A stretch of DNA of 64,000 nt from Gracilinanus agilis (GCF_016433145.1 NC_058130.1:416405735-416469734); one strand, 5' to 3'. Positions 25,050-37,430 are shown, counted from the stretch's first letter. Translations and numbers: made by a program. Notes: a model not told the origin generated them from the letters alone.

Positions 25050-25810
25050 AGCTCATTTTGAGCCTTCGCTGAGAATTTTTTTTTTTTTTTGCTACCAACC
25101 ATCCAGAAGGTCAGGAGGGAAAGGCACGATGATAAACTCACTTGTAAAATTGTTCTAACAAAGCATCTGTGAGCCACTGCTTGATCAAAATGACAGACAT
25201 CAATCAGAATAATAACTTCAAATATGAGATTTTCAATTAGTGAGCGAACATAAATAAACGTGTCTGGAAAATCAGCATAAGGGATTTTAGAAGGCGACAG
25301 CTCATACATAACAAGAACCAGGGTGACAGCAGGAGAAAGGTGTACAATTCAGCAGACACAAAGCAACACCCCCAGAACCCAGAGCAAAGAAGAACCCAGA
25401 GAAATCGACCTCCTGATAAATAGGAGGACATATGCACACGCTATCGACTGAGTGATGTTGTTGGGCTCGTTCACCTTATTAGAGCTTTGCAAAGATGACT
25501 TGCTGCCATCTCAAGAAAAGGCAGGATGAAACGGCCCCTTCTGCTTAATGTGGTTTCTCAAATTCCCCTAACCAAAGGCAGCATTCGAGACGTTTTATCA
25601 AAAGAGAAAGTCTAAATGCAATCCAATAGCGGCAGGGGAAATTGGGTATGGGTGGGGGATGCTGTGAAGGAAGGTCAAGAATGTCAGGAGCTTGTACATA
25701 ACCATTGAGTTTCGCTTTGCAGCTAAATAAATAATCCCAAGCTTTGTCTCCAATGTCTGACAGTCATCTGAAAAGTGATTAACACAAGCAAGACCCATAT
25801 AACGTGGGCC
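25050..25810. promoter_or_regulatory. CpG-retaining candidate conserved element with a PBX/HOX + MEIS composite site
   Basis: About 15 CpGs by my count in ~750 bp of an otherwise CpG-poor window. TGACAG 25191-25196 sits 1 bp from CATCAATCA 25198-25206 (TGATTGATG on minus). Confidence 0.45.
25142..25263 (-). CDS. Candidate internal exon (122 nt, phase 1-0), TFIYVRSLIEN...RCFVRTILQ
   Basis: Acceptor gctgattttccag, donor CAA|GTGAGT, only one open frame. It overlaps the enhancer candidate, so the two readings compete. Confidence 0.2.
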
Positions 25811-27074
25811 CATCTTCACAAGTACACTCTTCAAGCATCAGGGAGATAGGCACTGCTTGGCTGGCCCCATACCTTGACACCCAGATCAGCTATTGTAATT
25901 AGAACAGAAAAATCTGTTTGTATGTATATCACACCTTTCCTCAGGAAGCCACCAAGGTCTTTTCAAACAATAACTCATTAGTCTTTACAATACCCCTGTG
26001 AAAGAATTGGGGATGTATGTGTTATTAGTGTTTTGCATTTCCATTGTGTGCTTGCCTACCCTGGGAGTCAAGAGGGGGAATTTGGATTGCTAGGTAGAAA
26101 CCACCTTGAATTGATAAATAGAACCTGGGTTCTAGTGGAAAGAGGTCATTTTGACAGGGCAGGAATTGGATTATGGGCGAAACAAAAGGATTAGGGGAGA
26201 TTTCCTATTTAATCCATGATTCAGGGAGAACAGGCAATGTATTACACTGCTGGATTAGAAATCAGACTTGATACCAATCCCATACTTATCATTTACTACT
26301 TTGGGAAGGTTGAACAAACTGACATTCTCTTGGCCTCAGTTTTCTCATATATAAAATGAGGGGGTTGAAGTGGATGACCTCTCAGAACCTCTATAGCTCT
26401 AAATCTAGGATTCTATCTTTTTCCCCCCTTTTCTCCTCCAGGATTCCCAAATCTTGAAGATCAACTTTACACCAGGAAGGCTGAATGAATAATTGAGATG
26501 AATGCCCAGGAAAGTGGAGGGTTAGCAAATTGACATTTTGTTATATTTATCAGGATATTTTCTATGAAATTAGGTTTTTATGGATAGAAGAGTAGAATTA
26601 CCCAAATAATTATGAGGGAGACACTATTAAATTCTGCAGTGGCAGTAAAGAAAGTAATGGTACAGTTATGACTACTAATCTAGGTCTCAAGATACTGACT
26701 ATAGATCTTTTTGTGCCAAGTTTCTTGATTTCCCTCTGCCAAAAGATAAAGTTTTCATGTTGTGGATGCCACAAGACAGAAAGCAAAACAAATTTAGTTG
26801 GTAGATCAATAGGCTGGTAGAGAGTTAAGATAAATAGATAGCCTGGTAGAGTTTTAAGATAGAGAGACAGATAACAAACAAAAAGAGAGATACAGAGACA
26901 GAAAGAGAGAAGAAAGTATGGTTTAGTATTTTCTAGACACTGTGCTAAATGCTGGTAATATCAATGCAAGTGTGGTGGGAGTTGGCATCACACGTGGTAT
27001 GGAAGTGTCATTGTTTGTTTGGAAGAGAGGTAGAATTGACATCTCTAGACTCTTTCTCCCCATCCTTCTCTAAG

Positions 27075-27289
27075 GCAGACTAACTCCTGCTTCAAATGCC
27101 TGAAATTACACCAGAACCTGAAGAGATTCTTGAGTTTAAAGAGAATTGAAGAGGCTCCAACAAACCTCAGATCTCTCTGTTCTTGCCAAATCTGCCCTGC
27201 CTCTTCTGCAGATACAATGCATCCATCTTCACCAATAAGGAAATGGTTCAGTACCATTTGGGACAGGGGTTACTCAAGTAAAAAGAAAG
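27075..27289 (+). CDS. Candidate plus-strand exon (215 nt, phase 2-1), QTNSCFKCLK...RGYSSKKK
   Basis: Acceptor ctctttctccccatccttctctaag, donor AAG|GTAATC, 71 open codons. Peptide not recognised. Confidence 0.18.
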
Positions 27290-29275
27290 GTAATCCCTTT
27301 TCTCAAAGAGCTTAGTGTCTACTGGGGGAAGATAATATTTAAAGGGAACTGATTAAGAAGTAGGGAAGTGGCAAAGAAGGTATAGAAGCACTCCTCAGTT
27401 GCTGACTGAACCAGTGTGGGTGAGAATAGTTGATTTGGGTATTTCCTCAGATGGAGGCTGAAGACAAATTCATCCATCAGAGGAGAAGACTTCAGAAGTC
27501 TAATGGATATTGCCAGTGTAACAAAACTACTGGAATTGAGGTCCATAAAGTTTCCAAAGGATCAATGGCCAAATGTTGAGTATGTTAGGGTTTCAAATGC
27601 TTGTTAACTTAAATGGTGGGGTTATACCTGTTTTATAATCATTTCAGAAGGGCAAAATAAAAAGAAAACTTATCATGGGGGACTTCCTCCCATTCTTGTA
27701 TGAAACTTCTCACACTTTCAAATCAACCTCAAGGGTCAGGTACTCTGATGGCCACACCCACTCAAAACCATGGCCATGAGACCCTACTGAAATATCTATT
27801 TTACGAAGTAGTCAAAGGATACAACCATTTCAAATACCAGTAGAACAGTAATAAAATATTTCTCCCCACAAATCTGTGGCACACATGCATATGTAAAAAC
27901 AGAAACACACATGTGCATTCAGTGGAGAAAGTGGATATCCAGAGGGATCCATTGTAGAGGGTATATATGGGATCAGGGTAAAAGTGTAGGTGACTTTTGG
28001 AGTTGTACACAGAGAGCATAGACAGAGGAACCTCTAATTAGAGAACAGATCTGGAGGGGTACATGGGCAAAGGACAAGTGTGTTCAGAGCTTGCATATTG
28101 AAGGACACATGTATAAGGAACATATATGGCTGGTGTATGTCTGCAGAATGATTTTTTTCTCTCCTGGGCAGTTTCATTGCTATTAGTCACTGTACTTCAG
28201 CTAAGTTTTCACCTGATTTGTTAACTTTTCCCCTTAAGAAGAAGAGTTATCTCTGTCATTTTTGTTTTAGCTTAGAGACCAGAGGATAAGATTTCACTCT
28301 CCAGGGCCCCCTACTTTTCATATTGCTTTCCTGCTGTTACACTTTTACTAGAAAACCTTTCCATGATAATGGCAATAAGGGAAGACTTACAACTCAAGCC
28401 CTGAGCCCTCATACTCAAGCAAGTCTCAACAAAAGCCAGATGGAGTGCCCCTAGGGTCAGATTAAGCCTATGCTTTAATTCATTTCGCTCTACAAGAAAA
28501 ATGAATGTGCCAACCTGTTACCTGACATAGGTTTAGGAAATCTTCTTTAACTCCAGTCATTTTCTAATTGTCAACCTATCCTCCCATTTAAATTATTTCA
28601 GATGTCTTTACTGAAATAAAGTACAAAAGTCTGTATAGGGCTAAACCACCCAGGGCTTCTTTCCCTCCTCAAGATCATTTAGAGCTTTGCCATGCAAATG
28701 AATATTGTTAGAAAATATCAAGAAAAAGAATAATACCTAGTTCAATAAAACCTCACACATTAAAGTATACAGCCAGCAACAATTACAACAACAAAAAATT
28801 CCAGGAGTTGAATATCCTACAAATGATTTACATAAACCAACCTGTTTGGCCATTGTTATAGAACTAATACTGCAATTCATCTTAACTGTATTTGGATTGA
28901 TTTGTCCCTGAATGTTTGTATGGTTTGTGTTTTGTCATCTTCAACCCCAACCCCACCTTATGTATAGGCATGACCAAAAGACAAATTCTTCTGGGTTTTT
29001 GTCTTAGAAGAGGAGAAAAATCTATCTCCTAGTGGTATGCTAATTATAATGGCCTGAATTTTAGGGACAGCTTAATCTTATAGGAGTCTTCTTTGAGATA
29101 CCTACAGACTAGATGCATTGATTGTTGTTTGTTTGTTTTGGGGGGGGGAAATAGTGCTTGAGGGAAACTATATGTTGTAGTTTTTGTTTTTGAAAATATG
29201 GTTAACTCACCTAAAGGATACTAGGCCTTACTTTCTTAGGGAAAACTAGCATCTAGAGGCATAGATGCCCTAAAC

Positions 29276-29747
29276 CAGTGATGATGAACCTATGGCATGA
29301 GTGCCAAAGATGGCACGCAGCATGCTCTCTGTGGGCATGCAGTCACCCCACTCCCCCCAGAGCTCATTACTAGAAAGGCAGAGGGACTCAGGTGGAGCTG
29401 TATCCTTCCTCTCTCCATGTGCCTGATGACATTTTTTCACATCCCCAGCCTTCTTCCCAGCAGCCCAATAGGAGCTCTCAGGGGATAAGGTGGGCAGCTC
29501 ATAAGAGGCAGAGCTGGAGGGGAGCAGAGCACTCAGGCTACTCCCCACCCCCTCTCTACACTCGCTTAAGACACTTCTCACTTCACCTGCCCCTCTGCCC
29601 AGCAGCCCAATGGGAACACTTTCTCCCTCTCTTGTGTGGGTTAAGGGGAGATGTGCCCAGGACTCAGTGTAGGGAAGGGGCACTACACTTGGTCTGAGGG
29701 TAGGGGTGAGTCCTGGTACTCCATCTCTAAAAGGTTCACCATCTCTG
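29276..29747 (+). mobile_element. Non-autonomous hAT transposon (MITE, 472 bp), hAT1-like termini
   Basis: TIRs cagtgatgatgaacc / ggttcaccatctctg. 8-bp TSD ccctaaac (29268-29275) / ctctaaac (29748-29755). Confidence 0.9.
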
Positions 29748-30513
29748 CTCTAAACTTTAAGCTTTTCAGGCATAGCAGGAATTGTATAAATTTCCCTGGA
29801 ATTAACAAAATTACTCACAAAGTGCTATTAAAAGGCTTTATCCCTTTGTTAATTGTATGTGCTTATGCTGCTTCTGTTTTCAACAATAAGTCTGCCAATC
29901 AACTAGCATTGGAACTGTGTGGAATATGGGGCCATATCATACTTATCTCCTGAGCAATACTCATAAATGTAGTTAAAATACCTGAATTTTCTGGACAGAT
30001 AATTCCAAGCTTGTAAGCATGCTGACTAATTTATTAATGGAAATTTTATTTATAGGCAAGAAATCAAGGACTTTAATAGATTCTAAGCTTAGCATACACT
30101 TCTTTTATGATTCAGAGATCCTTAGATATTCTAGGTTTTCTCCAAACTCAGGACCTAGTCATTGTATTAGGAAATGCTAACCCCTGGGAAAATTAAACAC
30201 TTTAGTGTTGTTCCCAGGACTTATTTGCCTGTCTTCTTTCTGGACCAGTCTACATGGTTCATAGTACCAATAAAAAACATAAGTCCAAGCTATTCTTCTG
30301 CTCATGAATCTCTGTTGTGATACTTATTCTTCAACTTTGGGGATGTGAAGTGAGTTTATTCAAAAGGCCCTATTTTCAGATCTGAACAAAGTTAAAAATC
30401 TGTCTCTTATTTTTCATATTATTTCTATAGATTTGAATACATCTTAATATAATGTCTGATGCAACTCTGAGTCTATGTACTAGTGGACCAATATCCATTT
30501 AAAAGCTAAGTGC

Positions 30514-31193
30514 AAGAATGCCTGCCCTTTGATCCAGCCGTACCATTGTTGGGTTTGTACCCCAAAGAGATCATAGATAAACAGACGTATGAAAATATTT
30601 ATAGCTGCGCTTTTTGTGGTGTCAAAAAACTGGAAAATGAGGGTATGTCCTTCAATTGGGGAATGGCTGAACAAACTGTGGTATATGCTGGTGATGGAAT
30701 ACTATTGTGCTCAAAGGAATAATAAACTGGAGAAGTTCCAGGTGAACTGGAAAGACCTCCAGGAACTGATGCAGAGTGAAAGGAGCAGAGCCAGAAGAAC
30801 ATTGTACACAGAGACTGATATACTGTGGTAAAATCGAATGTAATGGACCTCTGTACCAGCAGCAATGCAATGACCCAGGACAATTCTGAGGGATTTATGG
30901 TAAAGATGCTACCCACATTCAGAGGAAGGACTGCAGGAGAGGAAACATAAAAAAAAAACAACTGCTTGAATGCATGGGTTGAGGCAGACATGATTGGGGA
31001 TGTGGACTCGAAACTACCACACCAATGCAACTACCAACAATTTGGAAATAGGTCTTGATCAATGACACATGTTAAAACTAGTGGAAATGTGCATCGGCCA
31101 TGGGTGGGGGGAATGCGGTGGGTGAAGGAGAAAGTAGAAGCATGAATCATGTAACCATGTTAAAAATGAATATTAATAAATGGTTAAAAAAAA
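30514..31193 (+). mobile_element. 5'-truncated L1_Mdo-type 3' end
   Basis: ORF2 C-terminus (KIFIAALFVVSKNWK...CPSIGEWLNKLWYM), 3' UTR, aataaa and A-tail. Confidence 0.95.
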
Positions 31194-32839
31194 GTTCAAG
31201 GGTCAGTTCAACTCTAACACTGAGGAAGAGGTTTCAACTCCATTATCCTTAATGTTACTACAACTTTGAATCAGTAAACTAAAGTTAGTGCTGAAACCAA
31301 GAGGATATCTATGGAATAGCAAAGACCAAATTCAAGGGGAATACTTTGCCTAGGAAATAATAAAGGTAGGAAAGTGTTTGTCCAACTTCTTTTGGTACTT
31401 ATTTGGGCATAACTGGTTTGTATATGTGCAAGTATATATGATATATACATATTTACATGTTATTTAAAAAGAGTTGTGATTTTATTCATATGGGAGTCTT
31501 TTCACTGAACAGAGATTTTAATGTATCTGCACATTATAGATTTTTTTAATTACTGTGGCCAAAAACTTCATCCCTTCAGACCAACTATTTAGTCAACTCC
31601 TCTTTGCACTTCAGTGTGCTGATAATTTGGAAATATTTTATTGTTAAGGCCTAGCTCAAAGTCTGTTTAATTTTTTAGGACTTCCTAGAAATACTTAGCA
31701 GAAGATTTACTGCACACCAGAATTCTATGGAAGGGATGGCTACTAATGTACAGATTAAAAAAGATAATCTCTGAGGTCCCTTTTAATTCTGAAATTTTGT
31801 GATTCTATGAATAGAGGTTATTTTCATACTCATGAGGTTTAAATACTAAAAGAATTATTCTGGTAATTGTCATGGTATTCACTATATTTGTCTTCCTCCC
31901 AAAGGCCTATGACAATTGTATTTATTATATATGTTGATCTATCTATTTGCAGAGAAGAAGGAAGAGTTACAGCATTTCTCACTATACTCTAAGTTATTAG
32001 AAGGGATAGGAATATAAGTTAGAAGAAATAATCTATGAATGAAATAAAGGAAACAATCCATAAAGGAAATTTAATAAGAGTAAGATTCTTAGGAGATAAA
32101 TGGGTATCAAAACTAGTTTCAATTGTTTTGATAAATGGAAGAACATGATACAAAGGAGAATGTTAGAAGAGAAACTTTGAACTTCTTTACAATAGGAATG
32201 GGGAAGGTGGTCTCTACCCATTCTCTCATGGAGGGAGAAACTACATTGTCTGAAAAAAAGTATTTTATGATCTTCCTCAGAATTTGAATTAAATGGTGCT
32301 AGACTACATAAGGAATACAGAATCTATAAGGAAGAGACAGGAATGGTGGTTGGTGACTGTCAGTGAAGGGGTAGGAAATCAGTTATATGCAGATTACTAG
32401 CACTCTTTTCTCATTTCTTGTGAATGTTACTCCATCTTTTTCTCAGGGCTTATTTGTCTGCCTCAGCAAACCAACTATTTCTTCAACCATGTCTTGATTA
32501 CTACCAATTCTTTACTTTCAATATTTAACTTTTTTTCCACAATAGCTTCAAATGTGAAAAGCTGGAAAATTCTATCTGTATCACCCCTTTCCCTAAATCC
32601 CAATTCCTTATTTGGAGATTGAGTTATGGTAAATATATTTTTTAAGGTTTCCTTTAAAGTAGTGGTATTATTCATTCTCATGTGAGTCAAGAGGAATGCA
32701 CCTTTGTTTTACTTCAGAAATTTCTATACACCATATAAGATATCCACTCTAGGAAAATAACACAGTTCCCAATTAATCCCAATTAGAAATGTCAAGGATA
32801 TGTCTTAACATGATCATAAGGACATTAAAATAAAATCTG

Positions 32840-33350
32840 AAGGAGAAAGAGAAAACACACTTGGCTAAATAGATATCAGATTTTATGCTTATCAAATATG
32901 TAACATACAACTGGGAGGGACTGCAAACATTTTGTATGACAAAATCCTGAAATACTTCTAAAAGACTGCATATGATATGATGAAGCTTAATAGCAATAGC
33001 TACAAAGTCTATGGTTAGGTTCAAAGAATCAACATCACAAGTATGAGATAGTTGAGTTATGGCTCTATTTCACAAATAGAATGTTCCAAAATTATTATTC
33101 CAAAAAATATTCTAAAATAATTATTTTAGAAAAAAAATCAGGGGAAACGTATTAGTAAATGGCAAGCTCAAAGTGATTCAAAATTTGGTACAGTATCCAG
33201 AAAGGTGAATTCAATCTTGGGCATCATGAAGAGGAATAGAAAATCTAAGACTAGGGAAGTAGTAGTCCTGATGTATTCTGCTCTGATCAGATGACGTAGA
33301 AAGACTTGTGTTCATTCCTCCATGTCACATTTTAGGAAAGATTTAGATCA
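32840..33350 (+). mobile_element. CR1/L3 LINE fossil (RT 3' region)
   Basis: cttatcaaatatgtaacatacaactgggagggactgcaaac (relic of LIKFADDTKLGG), aattcaatcttgggcatcatgaagagg, gtagtagtcctgatgtattctgctctgatcag. Confidence 0.7.
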
Positions 33351-34899
33351 AATAAAATATATAAGCTGCTTTACAAAAAATATATATTTAAATGCCAAGT
33401 TTTCTTAGTTTAAGATAGAGAATCCTTAGGAGAGCAACAAGGTCTGTTTAGGGACAAAAAAATCATGCTACAGGAAAGAGCACTAGAACTAGATCACACT
33501 AAAGAAAAAAAGTTCTTAGTAATGATAGGGAAGCTCTTTGTTTGGGTTTCTTGAATGGTGAGGGAGAGTCTCAACTCTTGGTGGGTATGACTAGAAATTG
33601 AAAGTCACAACAAAATATGAGTAACCAAACTGAATAGTGCTAGATAAGTTCACCTGGTAGCAGCTTTGGCTAGCTAGGATGGCAATTTGACTTGTCCAGC
33701 TTTGTCAGCCTATCAGTAGTATTCTGTAATATTTGAATGCATCATTGGAATACAGTCTGTCCCTTTAGGACAGTTGGTCTGGAAAATCCCTTGTTACCTA
33801 TTGGACGCAACATTTGTAGAGTCCTGTGAAGCTTGACTACTGCAGGATTCTAAGCAATTTGGTGGTAGTTGAATCAGGTTTTGCTATGTAGTATGGAGAA
33901 GAATGGAAATAGTTCATTCCAGTTGAGTGATATTTAGGATTTATCCTACAGTAGAATGGAGAGGAGAGGGGAGGAGAGGGTACAGTTAAGCCCCAATGCA
34001 AATAATGAAACCCTATGAATCTCCCTGAAGTGATCTCACTACATATTTTAATTGAGCTGGTATCAATTGTCAATTTTGTATAATTATAACTTTGAATAGC
34101 AACAATTCAGAAACTCAACCACTTCAGGGGATTCATTATTTGCATTAATAAGGGACCTAGCTGTAATTCAATATATTCATAAACAAGGCATTTTTTTGTT
34201 CTGTTTTGTTTTTGTTTCTCCCTCCAAAATAGGAAAATGAAATCTTCCTTCAAGTATTTTAAAGGCTATCCCATAAAAGAAGGGTTGGCACCAGGGAGAA
34301 AAATTGGAAGCAAAATGTAGAACTTGTAGAAATTTTAACTTGTAATGAAAAACTAGCTAACAATCTGAATTATGCATAAAATAGAGGAGATTGTCTCATA
34401 GCATAGAGAATATTCAAGCAATGCCTGGCTGACCACTTGCCTAGGATTTTGTTGAGGGTATTCTTTGCCAGGGAAGGACTGACCCAGATGGCTTCTAAGT
34501 TCTCTTCTCCCTCAAAGATGCTGTGATCCTGTCAGGGAAATAGATATGTGAGGGAAACATGTCTTAGAAAGGACAATAGGGACTTGTAATTAATTCTAAG
34601 GAGAAAATAATGAGAACAAGATTTAAGAAAATACAGCCCTGGAAGTATCAAATTCTTTAAATAAATCAAATGTTGTAGAAGAGGAAGAGGTGGTCCTTTC
34701 CAGTGGAGAAGGGGGTCAGCCCCTCCAAGGAAATGGGAAAGGCAGGAACCGAAGGACAAAAGCCTAGATTTACTATAGCTATTTAGGAATAAAAAACAGC
34801 CAGAGATGAGCCAAAGTCCAGTGCAATGAGAAAGACAGAGGATTTTCTGTCAGGTGTAGCAATGACTTTGATCAGAAAGCTCCCAATAGTATTTGAGAA

Positions 34900-35330
34900 G
34901 AGTTTAAGGTTCAATTCTCAAGAATAGGTCTTTGAGAAAGGCTTGTGCTGAACCTGACTTTGACAAGAGGGATTACTAAATGTCAGAAGCCATAGACAAT
35001 TGTCTCCCCTTAGTTTGCCAGTGTCTGCCATGCCCCCTCCCTTCCTTTTTACCTTGTAAGCTTCATATCGATATGTTTTGCTTTTATTTCCAAATGTATC
35101 CCTCTCACCTCTCCTACCTAGAGAGCCACACCTTGAGAAATAGAAGAAACACAAAGAATAATAATAGAGAGAAAAAGGGAGTTCAGCAAGACTTAACAAC
35201 ATATCAATTGCCTGGCAACAGATACAATCATGTTCCACATAGTTTCCTATTTTTATAAAGGAGGAAGGGAAGTGAATCTTTTCATCTCTACTATACCACC
35301 ACTACTTTTGTCCTTTTGACCAGGAAGCAA
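34900..35330 (-). mobile_element. Old L1 3' UTR fragment (antisense)
   Basis: ttttgcttttatttccaaatgtatccctctcacctctcc...gggaagtgaatcttttcatctc. Confidence 0.5.
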
Positions 35331-37296
35331 AATTATATTTAGGGAGCAATTGGGAATTGCTAACAATATCTCTATGATATGGTGACAAAAAATGCCTTTA
35401 TTGACTCTCAATTCTTTATGGTCCAGTTATTCTCCACTGCCATCTTGTTGTAGGCCATTGACTGGAACTGAAGTTTATTTAGGTACTTAGTGCTTTCCTA
35501 TATGTGCTTTCAGACTTCATCAGGACATTCATAACTAATAGAGAAACTGATTTTTCTCACTTGCTATGCATTTGGAGGGCAGACATTGCTTTGGTTTTGG
35601 TCTCTGAATGCCCAGCGTTTAGCACGGTGCTTGGCACAAATATTCAAAACTTCATAAATATCTGTCGAATTTAAAAGGTCTTTCCTCTCTCTAATATTTA
35701 ATTCAGAATTCAGTCCTCCAATTAAAGGAATGTTTCTTTAGTTACCTCGAGCATCCAGAATGGAACTGGGTTCTATGGATTGTAGAATCATAGCATTGTA
35801 ATAGGAAATGGTCAAAAGTTATCCTTTCAACTCTGAAGAAAATGAAGTCCAAAAGAGTGAGGGGACTTGTCTAAGGTCATAGGATAGTAAATGGCAAAGT
35901 AGAAATCTGAATCTAGGTCCTCTGATACCAAATCCAGAATTACATTAAGACAAAAATTGTCTCCTCTTAGAAAGCTTAAAGTCTCAAGAGGGAGTAAAAG
36001 GTACACAAGAAAGAGTTGCATCACCTTAAGGAATAGGATAGGATATAGCTTGACTGAAACTACTGAAAATGGCTTTGCATACAACTTCAGTAGACATTTT
36101 CAGCTAACTGAATTGAAATGCAATCCTTTTTTTTTCCCTACCCATCTCTGCTGAGTTTTCTCTCCCTTGAATATAGACGGACCACGTTTGCTTCTGTGAC
36201 CCACATGTGCAACTCCTATTAATTTCAGATAACAACCACCACTACAGCAATGAGGGTGAATTTAATTTAAAAAGCACAGTCCTGATCTGCTTCTTGCTGA
36301 ACTGAACTTGGAATTATTTGTGACTCTGATTTAGCATTCTTTCTGGGGGAAGGGTCACATTATTTAATACTAATAGTCTTCCAGAAAGTCTCATTACTGT
36401 GAACAACAATTTTTATTACTTCAACTTTTGCAAACTTTTTTTCAGTCTGAAGGAGTCGTGCCTCCTCCTTTCTCCACCAATCACACATAGACTTCTTCAT
36501 TCTCCTTTGCCAGGCCAGAGTTTCCTTCCATCCCTCAAGATCCCTTTTCTATAGATTCAGGCATCCCTTTTCCCTCTTTCCTTCTCATGTATACCTTTCT
36601 CCAGGAATCTTTCTGTTCAACACTCCTGACAACAACCTGTCTGCAGATGCACCAGCAGCTGCTCGAGCTGAAAAATGGGCTTGTCTGTCTCGTGGGGGCT
36701 GTGTTTTCTGGCATATGCATGCCTCCTACTGTCTCTTTGGTTTTAAAGCAATTTTCAGCACACCTGCTTGCTTGAACTTTACTGACAAGCCCTCTTAAGA
36801 GTTCACAGGAGGAAAAAAAAATTAGTTTCCTAGGCACATCCTTGTAATTCTAAATTTCACTTTAAATCTCCTGGTAAAGTATTTACCTCAGTGTATGGAG
36901 AGGCAATCTATGTTGAGGCAGCTCCACTGCCTCGGGCCAGGATCTCATCAGATCTCATATCACAAAAGACAGGGAAAGGGATGATCCATTAACACAATAG
37001 CTGTCCTGTTCCCTCTGCCAGAATTGTTCCTTATTGTGTTGTTTGTGAGTGTGCATTTCTGTTACTACTGTGTCCATTGTAGCTATAAACACCACCCAAG
37101 ATGAGGTTTTCCTAGAAACAGCATGTCTCATGCAAAGCAAGATCTCTTGATCTTGAGGGAATAGATTCTCCCACCCTTGCGTTTCCCTGCAATAAAACTT
37201 AAATTCACTTCTTAGAAACATCAACTGATTTGTCTTTCTGTTTTCTTTGTTTTAGACTAAGGAAGTCTTCTATCCATTCAGGATTCTTACCTCCCC

Positions 37297-37430
37297 TTAT
37301 GTAGTGGGTGATTTTGTTTTTCCTTCATCTTCAATCAACACAGGTTTTGACTGCTCCTTTGGAACAAAATGGGAAACTAGATCAATTTTGTCAAACAATT
37401 CGGTGAATTTGATTGAAGTGGATTGTGAAT
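37297..37430 (-). CDS. Candidate last coding exon (exon 37291-37430), SQSTSIKFTELFDKIDLVSHFVPKEQSKPVLIEDEGKTKSPTT*
   Basis: Acceptor tgtttcttttatataattgtttgttactag, donor GAG|GTAAGA, one open frame ending in TAA 6 nt before the donor. Phase matches the exon at 41434-41506. Confidence 0.4.

Noticed and set aside
30500-31200. TSD for the 30.5 kb L1 (aaaagctaag vs aaaagttcaag)
   Set aside because: The match is too short and imperfect to call.
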